Counted from the first letter of the stretch, positions 10,780 to 20,341 are shown. The stretch: DNA of 64,000 nt from Candidatus Moraniibacteriota bacterium (GCA_029865125.1 JAOUHN010000001.1:1360-65359); one strand, 5' to 3'. The notes: generated by a model from the sequence alone, not told the origin. Made by a program: numbers and translations.

Positions 10780-10813
10780 CCCCTCCCTAACCCTCCCCTT
10801 CAAAGGGGAGGGG
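10780..10813. repeat. REP-like GC-rich palindrome, right flank of the DUF559 gene
   Basis: cccctccctaa-ccctcccctt-caa-aggggagggg. Confidence 0.65.
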
Positions 10814-10869
10814 AATAAAAAACACATCTAACACAAAATTACTATAGCTACCGAACTAATTAACTAATT

Positions 10870-11253
10870 TTATCTTCTAGCATCCATTATCAAAAAGTCT
10901 GCAAAATCAAATGTAATTACTGCTACCCAAAAAATAAGGATGGCGGACCGAAAAACAAAAACATTTCCAATCATTAAAACAAGTAAAATATCTAGGATTA
11001 CAAATAACATTCCCACCACTAGCATAGAAAAAAATGTTGTGATATGTCCCCAAACTAGTGACTTTTGATCTTCTGAGTTCTTATAGCTATAGATAAAATT
11101 AGAAGTAATAGGAGCAATCACAATCAAGCCAACAAAAAGCAATAGTGTGTCCAGCTTATCCGTCGGCATCTTAATAATCTCATTTAAAGCAACAAAATAA
11201 AATGGAACCAAAAAAATATGGATTAATACATTTTTAATTATCAATAATTTCAT
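10870..11253 (-). CDS. Small 4-TM hypothetical membrane protein
   Basis: 127-aa hydrophobic ORF. Confidence 0.7.
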   Translation of the reverse strand: MKLLIIKNVLIHIFLVPFYFVALNEIIKMPTDKLDTLLLFVGLIVIAPITSNFIYSYKNSEDQKSLVWGHITTFFSMLVVGMLFVILDILLVLMIGNVFVFRSAILIFWVAVITFDFADFLIMDARR

Positions 11254-11313
11254 TGAGTTTTAATTTTATTAATTAATCAATAACTTAACAATACAATAAA
11301 TTGAAAATTCTTG

Positions 11314-12312
11314 CTAATTCTTCACTTCTTCCATTCGAATGTTGGCTACTCCTGCGCCAATTGAGGCGATTTTACTGAAAGCTAACTTGTCGAGATCAAT
11401 GATTCTGTCCGGAACGAATGGTCCACGATCATTGATGACAGCCACGATTGCTTTTCCATTATCTTTGTTTGTCACTCGAACGTAACTTCCTTTTGGAAGC
11501 CACGGGTTGGCTGCATAATATCCTGTAATTGAAGGATATTGATTTTTCAAGTGTTGTGGCTGGGCATACCAAGAAGCAAGGCCTGTGTGTTGTTTTCCGG
11601 TTTTGACATATGTTCCTTGAACCACTTCTTCCTTTTTTGGCTCCTTGATAACCTCGCTTCCCAAAAGCTTTCTGGAAATCTCCTTTCCATCATGATACAC
11701 AACACTATATTTCATTTCCGTCACCCCTTTCTCGCCCTTTTCTTTCACCACCTCTTTTCTCCAACTCATCTCCTCATCTTTTTTCACGATTTTTTCAAAA
11801 TCAATTTCTTTTTTGACAACCTCTTCCACTCTTTCCACCCTGGTCACCTTCACCTCCAATTCATCATAGGCAAAGGACTCTCTTGGCTCTGACAAAATGT
11901 CAAATTCGTCTAATTCCACTCTCGCACCCAAAACAGCACTTTCAACTGTATTTTCGAAAGTGAAGTCCTCAATCTCATTTCCATCTACCAAGATTTTAAT
12001 TTTTTTAGCTCTTTCAACAATCACTTTTGAGCCAGAAAATATTTTTGATTCTGATTGCGGATACACTCTGTCAATTTCTTCAAGTTTAACATTTTGTTCA
12101 ATCAAAAACTGTTCTACATTTTTTGCACTGGAAAGAACCATACTTTCAATTCCTCCATCACTAAAAATAACTTTCCTTTCTGTCGCACTCAAATCCAACT
12201 CTCTTGTATGAAAAAAAATATTTTTCACGACAAAAAAGCAAGTTATCAAAAAGATAATTCGCCCAAAATAATTTTTCTTTTTTGTTTTTTTATTTCTAAA
12301 ATCTCTTCGCAT
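11314..12312 (-). CDS. YabE/RpfB-like cell-wall protein: TM + DUF348 repeats + G5 + RlpA-like DPBB domain
   Basis: Ubiquitin-like DUF348 segments; G5 (VKEKGEKGV...PKKEEVVQGT); C-terminal GLASWY...VRVTN.DNGK...INDRGPF..DRIIDL. Confidence 0.88.
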   Translation of the reverse strand: MRRDFRNKKTKKKNYFGRIIFLITCFFVVKNIFFHTRELDLSATERKVIFSDGGIESMVLSSAKNVEQFLIEQNVKLEEIDRVYPQSESKIFSGSKVIVERAKKIKILVDGNEIEDFTFENTVESAVLGARVELDEFDILSEPRESFAYDELEVKVTRVERVEEVVKKEIDFEKIVKKDEEMSWRKEVVKEKGEKGVTEMKYSVVYHDGKEISRKLLGSEVIKEPKKEEVVQGTYVKTGKQHTGLASWYAQPQHLKNQYPSITGYYAANPWLPKGSYVRVTNKDNGKAIVAVINDRGPFVPDRIIDLDKLAFSKIASIGAGVANIRMEEVKN

Positions 12313-12682
12313 AAGCTCTCTGCCTCTATTCTATCACCAAATTCAATATCATTCTACCTTTTCAACCATCCACATCACATTAATACTCATTTTTTTCAAA
12401 AGAAACTCATACGAAATGGAAACAAGGCAAAAATACTCGAAATGACCGCTGCTTTGTGTTTGAGATTGTGTTTTTTGTGATGAGTTATTTCATTGCAACT
12501 CAAAACATTCATCAATTCATCTTCAAATTGAGCAAAAAATATTCCTTTTCCAAACAAAATCACAATCGTCCACATTGAAAAAGAATTTTTCAAAATATGT
12601 CAAAAAAACGCCTAGGACGAGCATGCACTTCATCAATGTGTGTTTATATATCTCATGTATAGTTTTTTCCGTACAGCTCAGT

Positions 12683-14209
12683 TTATTCACTTTTAAAACG
12701 ATATTGAATAGACTCTGCAATGTGATTATCTCCAATTTCTTGTGATCCATCCAGATCAGCAATTGTTCTGGCCACTTTGATGAGTCGGAAATATGACCTG
12801 GCGCTGAGTCCCAATGAGGCTATGGCGTTTCGAAGAAGCATCTTACTGCTTTCCTTGAGAGGACAAAATTTCTTTATTTGATGAGAATTCATTTCACTGT
12901 TTGTGATGATATTTTCATTTTCAAATCTTTTCTCCTGGATTTTTCTGGCTAACTCCACTCTCCTCTGGATATCTTTGCTCGATTCACTAAGGCTTTCACT
13001 TTCCAACTTATCAATTTTAACTCTTGGAACCTCAATTTGAAGATCGATTCGGTCCATAATGGGTCCAGAAATTTTTCTTTGATATCTCGCAATTTGCGAA
13101 GGAGAACAAGAACACATTTTTTCCGGATCAGTTGCATTCCCACATGGACACGGATTCATTGCAGCCACCAAAGTGAATCTTGCTGGAAACTCCAAGGTTC
13201 CTTTTGCGCGAGAAACAGTGATAAGTCCGTCCTCCAATGGTTGTCTCAAGCTTTCCAAAACAACTCTTGAATATTCCGCAAACTCATCCAAAAACAAAAC
13301 TCCTCTGTGTGCCAAGCTTATTTCTCCTGGCTTAGGATAACTTCCTCCTCCAACCAAAGAAACTGCACTGGCACTGTGATGTGGCGCTCGAAACGGTCGA
13401 CTACTTACCAATGAAACACCTTTGGAGAGATTACCTGAAATGGAAAATATTTTTGTCACTTCCAGTGATTCTCCAAGTGTTAATCTCGGAAGAATTGTCG
13501 GCATCGTCTTTGCAAGCATGCTCTTTCCTGACCCAGGAGGACCGTTTAAAATGATATTGTGTCCACCAGAAGCTGCGATCTCCAAGGCTCTCTTCACATG
13601 TTCTTGTCCTCTCACGTGCGACATGTCAAAACCTCCTTTGACTTCTTCTGTGAAAAATTCCTTATTTTCATTTTCAAACGGAGTAATTTTTCTTTCTCCC
13701 ACAAAATGCTCCACCAACTCACTCAAGGTGCTGACAGGAAAAACCTGCACATCTCCAACAACACCAGCTTCAGGAGCGTTGTCATGCGGGACATAGATTT
13801 CTTCAAACCCCAACTTTTTTGCCATCAAGGCAATGGGTAACACTCCTTGAATTGAACGAACCTTTCCATCCAAAGAAAGTTCCCCGATAAAAATTCTTTT
13901 TTCAAAAGAAAAATCAATTTGATTCGTAGCCAAAAGAAATCCGAGTGCAACAGGAATGTCATAGATAGGACTATTTTTTGGCAAATCTGCCGGAGCAAGA
14001 TTGACAGTTACTCTTCCGCATTGATGTGGTGGCTTGAATCCACTATTCTTAATAGCACTACTCACTCTATCTCGAGATTCTTTGATTGACGTGTCTGCAA
14101 GTCCCACAATAGTGAAAGCATGAAGTCCACTTCCCAAAATGTCCACTTCAACTTCAACTACCTCACTATCCAGCCCAACAGTAGCTGCAGAAAATATTTT
14201 AGACGGCAT
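12683..14209 (-). CDS. comM: YifB/ComM Mg-chelatase-like AAA+ ATPase
   Basis: VTVNLAPADLPK, GELSLDG, GPPGSGKS, RPFRAPHHSAS, GEISLAHRGVLFLDE, AAMNPCPCG; start taken at MPSKIF. Confidence 0.95.
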   Translation of the reverse strand: MPSKIFSAATVGLDSEVVEVEVDILGSGLHAFTIVGLADTSIKESRDRVSSAIKNSGFKPPHQCGRVTVNLAPADLPKNSPIYDIPVALGFLLATNQIDFSFEKRIFIGELSLDGKVRSIQGVLPIALMAKKLGFEEIYVPHDNAPEAGVVGDVQVFPVSTLSELVEHFVGERKITPFENENKEFFTEEVKGGFDMSHVRGQEHVKRALEIAASGGHNIILNGPPGSGKSMLAKTMPTILPRLTLGESLEVTKIFSISGNLSKGVSLVSSRPFRAPHHSASAVSLVGGGSYPKPGEISLAHRGVLFLDEFAEYSRVVLESLRQPLEDGLITVSRAKGTLEFPARFTLVAAMNPCPCGNATDPEKMCSCSPSQIARYQRKISGPIMDRIDLQIEVPRVKIDKLESESLSESSKDIQRRVELARKIQEKRFENENIITNSEMNSHQIKKFCPLKESSKMLLRNAIASLGLSARSYFRLIKVARTIADLDGSQEIGDNHIAESIQYRFKSE

Positions 14210-14316
14210 ATTAATTTGCTCACAAAAACCCACATCTCACTTTGCAATCAGTTGCAGGAATTCATTCTGATAATTTAACTTTACTTAGAAAACTATGAGC
14301 ATCTAATGCCTCTTTT

Positions 14317-14829
14317 TCACTTTTTTAATTTACTAATCCCCAATATCATCATTATAGCACCAAAGGAAATAAAAACATCTGCGATATTGAAAACAGGAAA
14401 TGATCCTATGCTAACAAAATCAGTGACACATCCAAAAGCAATTCTATCCGTCAAATTGGAAATACCTCCCCCTAAAAGAAAATAGAAATATTTGTTTTCA
14501 CACCAATCTACTCCAATCAATCCCCACAAAACAACCTTATTCTTTTTCTCTTCTAAAAATTTATACTTACTCTCATCTTGAATTCCTTTTTCTTTTGACT
14601 TTTGACTTTCGACTTTCGACTCATGCCCACAGGTACCAAAAAAGCAGCATCCCACAAAAATGACAAACAATACCCACAAAATGACAAACATCAAAGCGGG
14701 CAATTGAATTCCAAAAGCGATCCCTTCATTGCAAATATAAAATCCGCCCGTAGAGCGGATAATATATTTTGAAATCTGATCAATCAATAACACAAAACAA
14801 ACAATGGTCAATTTTTCAATTCTTCCCAT
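14317..14829 (-). CDS. lspA: Signal peptidase II (lipoprotein signal peptidase)
   Basis: DQISK, N.GIAFG, GGGISNLTDR..FG.VTDF, FPVFNIAD. Confidence 0.92.
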   Translation of the reverse strand: MGRIEKLTIVCFVLLIDQISKYIIRSTGGFYICNEGIAFGIQLPALMFVILWVLFVIFVGCCFFGTCGHESKVESQKSKEKGIQDESKYKFLEEKKNKVVLWGLIGVDWCENKYFYFLLGGGISNLTDRIAFGCVTDFVSIGSFPVFNIADVFISFGAIMMILGISKLKK

Positions 14830-14846
14830 TTTGTTTATTGAAAAAA

Positions 14847-15200
14847 TTATTGATTACATTTCATGCATTTTTTCGCAGCAGGATAAATCTCCAATCTTTC
14901 TCTTCGAATAGCTTCGCCACACTCTTCACAAGCACCAAAGGTTCCGTTTTCAATTTTCTCCAAAGCACTTTTGATGTCTTTCAGTCTTTGTTCCAAACTA
15001 CTCTCCACTGAAATATTATCAACATATTCCTCAACCTCAGTTGCACTTTCATCTTTGTGTGTTCCCAACTCATCATGTCTAGTCTTAAAGTCATCTGAGT
15101 TTTCTGAAGGATTCGCAAATTTGCTCAATTCACTTCTCAGCTTGTCTCTTTCTTCTTCTAACATTTTTTTGAATTTTTCTTGCTCCTTTTCATCGAACAT
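14847..15200 (-). CDS. TraR/DksA C4 zinc-finger protein
   Basis: Coiled coil then ALEKIENGTFGACEECG...RLEIYPAAKKCMKC. Confidence 0.93.
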   Translation of the reverse strand: MFDEKEQEKFKKMLEEERDKLRSELSKFANPSENSDDFKTRHDELGTHKDESATEVEEYVDNISVESSLEQRLKDIKSALEKIENGTFGACEECGEAIRRERLEIYPAAKKCMKCNQ

Positions 15201-15295
15201 ATTTTTTGATTTTATTTCTTATTTAAATTTGCGGTTCACTAAAATTATTCAATTTCCGCTCACATTATTATAATATCAATAAAAAAAATTAATGT

Positions 15296-15691
15296 CTACT
15301 CGATAAAAATGCTTTCCAGGTGCTTTATTTTTTCACACCTTCGCTCTTCATCTAACCACACTGAAACTGCATCAAATCGATAATCACTTTCTGTCAGTTT
15401 ATTTTTCCTCAAATAAAAATTAGCAATTTTTTCCAGCTTGTGCAATTTCCTTCTGTCAATATTTTCTTCAGGAACAACCACTTCCCCAGGACGAACCATT
15501 CTTGTTTTCACCTCCACAAAAACAATACTATTTCCATCTTTGGCGATCACATCAATTTCTCCCAACCTTCTTCCTTGAGTATTTGAAAAATTAAACTCAA
15601 GAATCCTATAGCCTTTTTTCTTGAGATGTTTGGCCGCCAATTTCTCACCTAATTCTCCCGGACTATTTTCTTTTTTTCTCCAAAAAATCAT
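15296..15691 (-). CDS. yraN: YraN-family (UPF0102) endonuclease
   Basis: GELGEKLA..L..KGY.IL, GEIDVIA, VFVEVKTR, YRFDAV. Confidence 0.95.
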   Translation of the reverse strand: MIFWRKKENSPGELGEKLAAKHLKKKGYRILEFNFSNTQGRRLGEIDVIAKDGNSIVFVEVKTRMVRPGEVVVPEENIDRRKLHKLEKIANFYLRKNKLTESDYRFDAVSVWLDEERRCEKIKHLESIFIE

Positions 15692-15786
15692 AATTTTGGC
15701 GCATAATATAAAACATGAAACACTTCCTTGCAACTCCAACTACACTTCCTAATTTACTAATCAACTATTTCACTAATTAACTAAAA

Positions 15787-16400
15787 TAAAAAAACACCCT
15801 TTCGGGAGTCCACTTTCCTCTTTTTCAAAAAATCTTTTCTTCAATGACCCGGTTCAAATGAGGTATTGAAACCGGGCGCGAGGCCCAATATATTAAAAAT
15901 GTGGCTGCGCCCGGGATTTCACATGTACTAACGTGAAAGCCGGAAACTTTTTAGCCTGGGTGAAGAGGCATCGAAAGTTATGAGCCACACGTACTTTATG
16001 TACATGTCTTTATTTGTCACTTGCCCTAGCTTGCAAATGATATCTTTTACTGTCTTAAGGTTTATTACCTTTTTTAAAGAACTTATTTTTTTGTTTTTCT
16101 TTTTGTTTTTTTTCTTTTTCTTTTTCTTTTTTATTTTTGTTTTTGTTTTTTTAGTTCCCTGACTAGGATCAGGGAGGTCTTAGCTAACATGCTAGCCTCT
16201 TTGTCACCGAAGTGACAAAAAGTTCAGCTAACACTATCTGCTAAGACCAGAAAAACAGTAAAAGATCTTTCAACCACAATTAGGGGGTAGTTGTGGCTGA
16301 AAAAACTTGCACCGTTTATGGTGTTTTTTCAATTATCCGTGAATTTAATCCACAGGATTTTTATTTAGTTTTCAATGTTCTGCCCTCTCTCAACCTCACA
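15787..16400 (-). ncRNA. Candidate large structured non-coding RNA (~610 nt), family unknown
   Basis: Near-consensus promoter at 16406-16434; no credible ORF; many helices including GTCAC-TTCG-GTGAC and a long-range ATCTTTTACTG/CAGTAAAAGAT pair; terminal CCC-GAAA-GGG hairpin followed by a U tract. Confidence 0.6.
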
Positions 16401-16405
16401 ATACA

Positions 16406-16434
16406 ATTATAACAAAAAAATGGGTCTTGGTCAA
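16406..16434 (-). promoter_or_regulatory. Sigma70 promoter TTGACC-N17-TATAAT
   Basis: Reverse complement reads ttgacc aagacccatttttttgt tataat. Confidence 0.8.
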
Positions 16435-16583
16435 CACTGAAATACCTGCAGTCCTTTATTTAAGCCATTTTTGACAACTTATAAAAACTTTGTCATTTTT
16501 CAGAAAACAGCATTTTTTTGTCATTACTTTGCCTTATTTGCGCCTTCATGTCAATTTTTCTCCCCAGCTTATCCACAGAAAAA

Positions 16584-18152
16584 CTATTGATTCATATTCA
16601 TTTCTGCATTCATATTTTCATCCTCATCACTTTGCGTTGTATCAATGTTATCATTTGGCATTATTGTTTCATTCTCCACTTCAATAACAGGACTATCTAA
16701 AATAACAGGACTATCTAACATCCTATCAATAATCGCTCGCATGGAATTTTTGCTTGTTGCAATTACCAAATATCCGTTCATGAATGAATAATCAACAGAC
16801 AAAGCATTGTTCGTATCGATATTAAAATATCTGATATTCATTCCTCTATATTCACTATCAGAAAAGTTAATATTTTCTCCTGCAGAACTGAGCCCGGTAG
16901 CAAAAAACTCAGGAATCATACCAGGAATATCAGACTCTGATGCCATCAAAAGATTTTTTAGATCATTTTTATTTTCCTCTGTAACTTTCATGGAGATTGA
17001 TACTCTATCCACTCCATTGTCTCTAAATAAGAATAAGGAAAAATTATCAGTCAATTTCTCCATGGTTTGATCTGAAAAATTAAATTTTGTGATCGCAAAA
17101 AAATTGCCGAGTTTCATATCCGCATATTTGTTATCTGCCAAAACAAATTCAAATGGACCTGATTCACCAGCAGGAAATTCAGCAAATATTCTTTTTATTT
17201 CATTTCCTATGGTTTCACTCGTAGCAGCTTCAATGTCAACATTCAAATAATTTGGCATAGTAAGAGAATACTTGAATTCTTCTTTGACCACTTCTTCTTC
17301 TACTTCCTCGGTAACAGCTTCTTTTTCAACTGCAATTTCTTCAACTTCTGCACCCTTCATAAAATAGAAATAATATCCACCAAAAGCTGCTCCTCCCACA
17401 ATAATCAAAATTACAACACTCACAAAAACTTTTCTCCAACCAACTCTGGGACCTGGCTTGAATTCTTCTACTGGTTCCTGAGATGGAATGTCAACAACTT
17501 CAGCTCTCATTTCTACAGGTGCAGGAGTCGCCAATATTTCTTCTTTCTGTTCTGGCTTTACCGTTGATTGCAAATCATCACCAAAAGCCCCCACAAATCT
17601 TCCTGGTTCTTCTTTTCCAAATACACTTTTTTCTTCCACTGGAAGTTCTTCAGTAACTGACGGCTCTGGATAGGCTAAGATATCTTTCTCTGGAGAAATT
17701 TTCTCTTCTTCTGCAACTTCAACTGGCTCTAGTTTGGAAATATCTCTTGCTGATCTCATGTCCATAGATGGTGCAGGTTTTGGGCTCCACCCTGCTAATT
17801 CTGGCTCTTTTATTTCAGCTACTTCTTCGATTGGTTCTTCTTCTTTGATTTCTTGAGCAAATGGAGATTCTGCGCCAATAACTTCTTTTGTGCTCTCGAT
17901 TTCTCTTTCCAAAAATGGACTGTCTTGAGCAAGAACACCTTTGCCACCACCCATTTCTTCTGAAGTTCCTAGAGCACTCATTGAAGTTTCCGCGACTTCT
18001 CCTGAAGATATTTTTCCGCCTCCCTTAGTCACTTCCAAATCACTTTTCATGGTAAAAAATTTAACATCACTTGAATTGATTTTTTCATCTCCAGCTCCAA
18101 AAGGAGATTTGGAATCTCCTCGGGATTGTTTTATGTTTGAATTATTATCCAT
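16584..18152 (-). CDS. Hypothetical bitopic membrane protein with acidic low-complexity N-terminus
   Basis: 522 aa; E/P-rich N-half, single TM (VFVSVVILIIVGGAAFGGYYFYF); in-frame 18-bp duplication LDSPVI-LDSPVI. Confidence 0.85.
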   Translation of the reverse strand: MDNNSNIKQSRGDSKSPFGAGDEKINSSDVKFFTMKSDLEVTKGGGKISSGEVAETSMSALGTSEEMGGGKGVLAQDSPFLEREIESTKEVIGAESPFAQEIKEEEPIEEVAEIKEPELAGWSPKPAPSMDMRSARDISKLEPVEVAEEEKISPEKDILAYPEPSVTEELPVEEKSVFGKEEPGRFVGAFGDDLQSTVKPEQKEEILATPAPVEMRAEVVDIPSQEPVEEFKPGPRVGWRKVFVSVVILIIVGGAAFGGYYFYFMKGAEVEEIAVEKEAVTEEVEEEVVKEEFKYSLTMPNYLNVDIEAATSETIGNEIKRIFAEFPAGESGPFEFVLADNKYADMKLGNFFAITKFNFSDQTMEKLTDNFSLFLFRDNGVDRVSISMKVTEENKNDLKNLLMASESDIPGMIPEFFATGLSSAGENINFSDSEYRGMNIRYFNIDTNNALSVDYSFMNGYLVIATSKNSMRAIIDRMLDSPVILDSPVIEVENETIMPNDNIDTTQSDEDENMNAEMNMNQ

Positions 18153-18226
18153 GATTTTATAAATTTAAAAGCAACTTAAACAAGTTGCTTTTATTTTACA
18201 ATAATATTGATTTATTGCCAAATGAC

Positions 18227-20341
18227 TCATTCTTTTTTGGCATCTTTCATAGACAAATTTATTCTTCCTTGTCGATCAATTTCTTTCACTTTCACCGAAA
18301 CAATGTCTCCGACTTTCACCATATCTTCAACCTTCTCAACTCTCTTTTCAGAAAGCTCTGAGATGTGAATCAATCCTTCTTGTCCAGGCAGCACTTCTGC
18401 AAATGCACCAAAATTCATAATCTTTGTCACTCTCGCACTAAATGTTTCTCCGGCCTTAACTTCTCGAGTCAAGTTTTCAATCCATTCCTGCGCTTTCAGT
18501 GCAGATGTTTCATCAGGTGATGTCACAAAAACTCTTCCATCATCTTCAATATCAATTTGAACTCCGGTTTCATCAATAATCTCATTGATTACTTTTCCTC
18601 CTGGTCCAATGACATCACGAATTTTATCCGGATTAATCTTGATGATAATAATTCGAGGAGCATATGGTGACATATTTTCTCGAGGAGCAGCAATTGTTTC
18701 TTTCATTTTTTCAAGAATATGCATTCTTCCCTCACGAGATTGACTAAGTATTTTTTTGAGCATTTCAGTTGTGACTCCTGCAACTTTCACATCCATTTGA
18801 ACGGCTGTAATTCCTTTCTCACTTCCCGTTGCCTTGAAATCCATATCTCCATAATGATCTTCTAGCCCTTGGATATCGCTAAGAATTCGATAATTTTCAG
18901 GTTTCTTTTGATCAATGACAATTCCCATTGCGATTCCACTCACAGGTCTTTTGATCGGAACACCCGCGTCCAAAAGAGCCAGTGTTGAACCACAAGTTGA
19001 ACCCATTGATGAAGATCCGTTGCATGCAAGCACCTCACTAACCAACAAAATAGTATATGGAAATTCATCTTTAGAAGGAAGCACTGGAATCAACGCCTTT
19101 TCAGCAAGTGCTCCGTGTCCAATTTCTCTTCTTCCTGGACCACGCATGAATCTCACTTCTCCGACTGAGTAAGGAGGGAAATTATAGTGATGGATATATC
19201 TTTTCTTTGTATCCACTTCCATGGTATCAATGATTTGCTCATCTCCAGGGGAACCTAAAGTCGCTACTGTCATTACTTGAGTTTCTCCTCTATTGAAAAG
19301 TCCTGTTCCGTGAGTTCGTGGCAAAATCCCAACCTCACACCAAACATCTCTGATTTCTTCCATTTTTCTTCCATCAGGACGTACACCTTTTTCCAATACA
19401 TGGCTATGAACAACCTCATCAGAAGCATCTTCAAAAACTAATTCAGCAATTGCTTTGAATCTTTTCTCATTTTCAGGATATTTTTCTTCAATATGAGCAT
19501 TAATTTTTTCAGTAATAACCTTTGAAGCTTTTTTCACTTCTTTTTTATCAGCTTGATATAATGCTTTTTCCAATCCCGCAGCAAATGCAAGGTCTCTAAT
19601 TTCTTTTTCAAATTCAGGAGTTCCTTCCAAAAGTTCAACCTCCACTTTTTCTTTTCCAACTTCCTTTTGAATATCTTCAATGAAAGTGGCAATTTTTTTG
19701 ACAGCATCGTGAGCAAATTCAAAAGCCTCCAACATTTTTTCCTCTGGAACTTCTTTTGCTCCAGCTTCAATCATGTTAATACTATCTTTTGTTCCAGCCA
19801 CAATCAGATCAAGATCGCCTGATCCTGATTCTTCTTCTGATTTCACAGGATTCAAGATAAGCTCACCGTCAACCATTCCAACTTTCACAGCACCAATAGG
19901 ACCACTCCATGGAATATTTGAAATTGAAAGAGCTGTTGAAGCTGCAATCATTGAAACAATATCCGGATCACTTTCTCCATCAATAGAAAGCACGGTGATA
20001 ATCACCTGCACTTCATTTCTCATTCTATGATTAAAAAGAGGTCGGATTGTTCTATCCACCACGCGACCAGTAAGAACCGCTTCATCAGAAGGACGTCCCT
20101 CTCTTTTGATGAAACGTGAACCCTTAATTTTTCCAGCAGCATAATATCGCTCCTCGTAATCTACCATCAAAGGAAAATAATTCATTCCTTCTGAAACCTT
20201 GTCACTCATCACAGCAGTGGCCAAAACCATTGTGTCGCCATAGCGAACAGTAACTGCTCCACTAGCTTGACCAGCAAGAGCACCGGTTTCCACCTTCAAC
20301 TCTCTTCCCGCAATTTGAAGAGTCCATTGTTTCTTTTTCAT
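18227..20341 (-). CDS. pnp: Polyribonucleotide nucleotidyltransferase (PNPase)
   Basis: Two RNase PH domains (RREIGHGALAE, GDMDFK), KH (VIGPGGK), S1; start taken at MKKKQW. Confidence 0.99.
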   Translation of the reverse strand: MKKKQWTLQIAGRELKVETGALAGQASGAVTVRYGDTMVLATAVMSDKVSEGMNYFPLMVDYEERYYAAGKIKGSRFIKREGRPSDEAVLTGRVVDRTIRPLFNHRMRNEVQVIITVLSIDGESDPDIVSMIAASTALSISNIPWSGPIGAVKVGMVDGELILNPVKSEEESGSGDLDLIVAGTKDSINMIEAGAKEVPEEKMLEAFEFAHDAVKKIATFIEDIQKEVGKEKVEVELLEGTPEFEKEIRDLAFAAGLEKALYQADKKEVKKASKVITEKINAHIEEKYPENEKRFKAIAELVFEDASDEVVHSHVLEKGVRPDGRKMEEIRDVWCEVGILPRTHGTGLFNRGETQVMTVATLGSPGDEQIIDTMEVDTKKRYIHHYNFPPYSVGEVRFMRGPGRREIGHGALAEKALIPVLPSKDEFPYTILLVSEVLACNGSSSMGSTCGSTLALLDAGVPIKRPVSGIAMGIVIDQKKPENYRILSDIQGLEDHYGDMDFKATGSEKGITAVQMDVKVAGVTTEMLKKILSQSREGRMHILEKMKETIAAPRENMSPYAPRIIIIKINPDKIRDVIGPGGKVINEIIDETGVQIDIEDDGRVFVTSPDETSALKAQEWIENLTREVKAGETFSARVTKIMNFGAFAEVLPGQEGLIHISELSEKRVEKVEDMVKVGDIVSVKVKEIDRQGRINLSMKDAKKE

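Noticed and set aside
15928-16162. Poly-Phe ORF (+) or poly-Lys open frame (-)
   Set aside because: Low-complexity by-products of the A/T tract; the Lys-rich frame has no start codon upstream of the tract
15787-16400. RNase P RNA, tmRNA or group I/II intron
   Set aside because: GAGGAAAGT occurs only near the 3' end and lacks the P4 partner; no tRNA-Ala-like ends or intron core motifs are recognisable. A cmscan is still needed.
16334-16577. oriC (TTATCCACA at 16569-16577, near-match at 16346, AT-rich tract)
   Set aside because: Only one perfect DnaA box, no dnaA or dnaN nearby, and no visible switch in strand bias across the region
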